NCBI GenBank assembly: GCA_012026655.1
Contig: JAAILG010000050.1
Location: 62,001-126,000 of the forward strand
DNA length: 64,000 nt
Reading direction: 5' to 3'
From: Hydrolagus affinis
Lineage: Eukaryota
Positions 61,014 through 64,000 of the stretch are shown here, piece by piece. The position numbers and the translations under genes are program-made. The notes under the pieces were generated by a model. The model made no database searches. It had not been told where the DNA came from and was given only the letters and a program-made list of their open reading frames with translations. How positions within the stretch are numbered: position 1 is the stretch's first letter; every line of letters starts with the position of its first letter.

Positions 61014-64000
61014 CATAATCTTTTCATATTGTGCGTACATACTTGTTAAGTGTATTGAAGGTCCTTGTTTTGCATCGGATCAAGAGTAGGCTGTTTGGCC
61101 TATTGAGCTGCTTCTGTAGTTTGGGAGCAGGGAATGTAAATCTCACAAGAACATTATTGTTAACAGGATTTGACAGCTCTTGCAATACAAAAATGAGCTG
61201 TATTAGAGAGGTGAAGTGACTTCACCCCACTTATCTCTTCTGCTAATCTTGGATTGGAGCTCGGACCTCTGCACACAGCAAAGTTTGGATTGTAACCTCA
61301 AGGCGTGCAGAAGCATTGCCAGGATCTGGGGATGTTATCTTGCTGCAGCGACCTCATTTATTTCTTGTTGATGCTCAACAGACCACAAAGATAGATTGGG
61401 GCAACACTGATAACCAAATGTTTAGGATCTGTTTCGTTTTCTTCCTTTACGTTGGAGTTAAGATATTGTATTTTCTCATTTGTAGTTCATTCTCCCTCTT
61501 TGTTTGAGAAAATAGATTGTTGCTCACCTCAATTCATGCCACTCATGTCTTCTGGGTGGAAGTGCCTGATAGCATCTGAAGTGAATAATTGCTTTGTCGT
61601 TTAGTTCTGTCATTGCAGGCTTTTTAGCTTCCCAACAGTTTTGATGGATTTGCTGTTTTAAGAAATGAGGAGTGCAAATTTGTTTCCTTCCTCTATGTAA
61701 CCCAGTATACGACCCAATACATAGAACAAACTGCTCCACTATGGCAACTTTTTTTTATTTTTTAGGATTTGTTTTCCTGGGCCTATGGCTTGCTTTGATT
61801 CTGATTGGTTTGTATTTGTTAATTGAAAAATAAATGGTGGTGAGTAATAAAGGAATAAGCCACAGAACTTCAGAAAGTTGCAAGTGAGCACAGGCCAATC
61901 TATATTTTTCTATGCTAGTCATTACATCATTCTTTCAGTTGTCACTTTTCTTTATTTCAACACATCAGTCACTGCAGTAGTTCTTCAAAAGAAAAGCATT
62001 GTTGTGACATGTAATAAATTTTAATCATACAATTTACAAACCAAATTAAATCCCGGACCTTCAGGCAGGTTAAATTTTAGCTAGGATTATCATTCATCCC
62101 TTTAAAAAGTACACATTAGAAACTTGAAATTCACAGTTAGTGAACCATATGGGTCCATAGATGTGTTTTCTCAGGAAGTCTGCTTTTGAGTACAAGCAGT
62201 TTAAAAAATAGTTTATTCACCAAGAACAAGTGTGCACTGCATCAGGCTGAGTGATCCTTGTCTTGTAGAGTAAAGGTTATTTCTATAGCTTCTGGTATCC
62301 CACACTCGCAAGTGTGAAGAAGAGATAGCAGCAGATTTCTAATTTCCCTGGGCTGTTAATTTTGGGTTATATTTGGTATTTTTGGTTAATAACTTAATGT
62401 TGGTCAAATAATGTAATGTACATTCAGTTCATTTCAGTAGTGAAGGTATCAGTAGTATTAGACTTATCAGGTTTTAATTTTATTCCAGTTAAATCACAAA
62501 TTTATTCTCAATTGTTACCTGACTGCGGAGAATATTGTTCCTGGTAACATATTGAGCATAGGTCTTGCCTGATGGTTTGAAATTTCTCATTTGTGCCTTG
62601 AAGGGAGGAAATCTAATTATCCTTCAGGATTGTGTAATCTTGCTGAACTTATTACATTAATTGGTTTATAAGTGATAATTTAAACCTCTCAGAATTTAGT
62701 GTTGAAAATTTTAGAATATTTTCTGTGGATTTTCTACAATGACATTATGTTTTAGAAGCTACAAAGGATTATTGATATGATTAATACAACGGAATGGACA
62801 ATCCTGTGCAGACATGTTCTGTCTGGGTGAAAGATTAAAGAATTATCAAATAAAAGCAGGATTACTAAATGGTGTAAAATGTTAACCATTTAAACCCAAT
62901 TCACCAATCTCTTGTTTTCATTCCAACAGTCTGTGAAATGGTTTGAATTTCTACTGTGTTTGCTTTATAACATTTTTGGCCTTGTGTTTGAATTGTATTT
63001 TACTATGAGAATATGAATGGTACAAAATAAGAAAATCGGCATATCTGAATATAGATTAATGCTAGACTGAATTTGTAGATCTATATAGGCATATACACTT
63101 TAATTTAATTTGTAATTTGCTTTCATCTAAATTGAGTTTTCTGCCAATGGGCAACATTCAACGTTCATTTTAAGGGTTTGACATGTTGAAATGTGCAGTT
63201 TGGCACAATTACCTGATGGCTGCAGCAAGTAGAACATCTGATTTATATTCACAGTCATGAGTTTCAGCTGTTGTTTGTATGAATGCACTTTGCATATATT
63301 TACTGGAATGGTGCATGAAGTACTTCATCTTGCAGAGGAAGGAAATTTGGCTACATTACTCTTACACAAAAGTGGAGACATAAGTTAGGGCCCGATTATC
63401 TAGTGTAAAATCAAGTCTGATCTTTTTAATACTTATTAGTCCACAAACAGGTTAGTAATGAGGAACAATGGTGCCTTTCATTAAGCAACTGTTACTGATG
63501 TATGTGAGTCTGCCCTCCTACTGTACTGTTGTTAGTGCTGCTCTGTTAAACAATCAGCCTGTTTTTCTTCAACTTGTTTACAATTGAAAATGGAAACTCT
63601 TTGTAATTATTTCTCTGGGGTAGATCTGAGCAGTTGGAGTATTGGCTGGCTGCTTCCTTCAAGTTGAATATTTGAATAATGATGCACTTTAATTGACATT
63701 GATGATTAAATATGAAACATTGAAATTTTGTCATGTGACTATAATTAATTTTAAATTAATTGATCATCAAATGGAAAATTAGTCTGCTCTCGCACTGGAT
63801 GTGCCATTTTGAATGACTGCATTCTGTTTTAGCCCTTTGGGACGTCCCCGACGTGAAAGGCGCTCTATAAATGTAATTTGTTGTTGTTGTTGTTTTGCTG
63901 CCTGACCCAGATTCCCAACAATTCCAAATAATGGGTTTACGTGATGTCAGGTCTTTCGTTTCTGTTGATAGAGAGAGGTTAATAGTGCATTATTGATTAT

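Noticed and set aside
59396-64000. Possible further EEIG1 coding exons
   Set aside because: No NT-C2-like reading frame with splice sites found; appears to be intron 1

Overview
Vertebrate genomic DNA, most likely a cartilaginous fish (probably a chimaera such as Callorhinchus milii; inferred from gene sequences and the DeuSINE/L2/CR1/Penelope repeat mix, not from a search). I reconstructed four spliced genes by hand. (1) The last 11 coding exons of COL27A1 (+, 599-8603). (2) A complete 6-exon secreted lipocalin (+, 13508-18680, 186 aa) whose exon sizes, cysteines and position identify it as an orosomucoid/alpha-1-acid glycoprotein orthologue. (3) A complete SLC25A25 (SCaMC-2, Ca2+-regulated mitochondrial ATP-Mg/Pi carrier; -, 23748-42870) with three alternative first coding exons and a 36-nt cassette exon. 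(4) The start of EEIG1/FAM102A (+, 59241), cut by a 100-N gap. No NAIF1 ORF is visible between SLC25A25 and EEIG1, where human has one. Most ORF-track entries are spurious. The non-coding DNA holds many tRNA-derived DeuSINEs with a strong strand bias, L2/CR1 fragments, hAT and Tigger MITEs, Penelope-like fragments with minimal hammerhead-ribozyme motifs, and several hairpins, including a 47-bp stem. I found no evidence of a wholly new multi-gene system. The best leads are the low-glycosylation orosomucoid with a candidate GRE, the hammerhead-bearing elements, the 47-bp hairpin and the conserved SLC25A25 isoform architecture.
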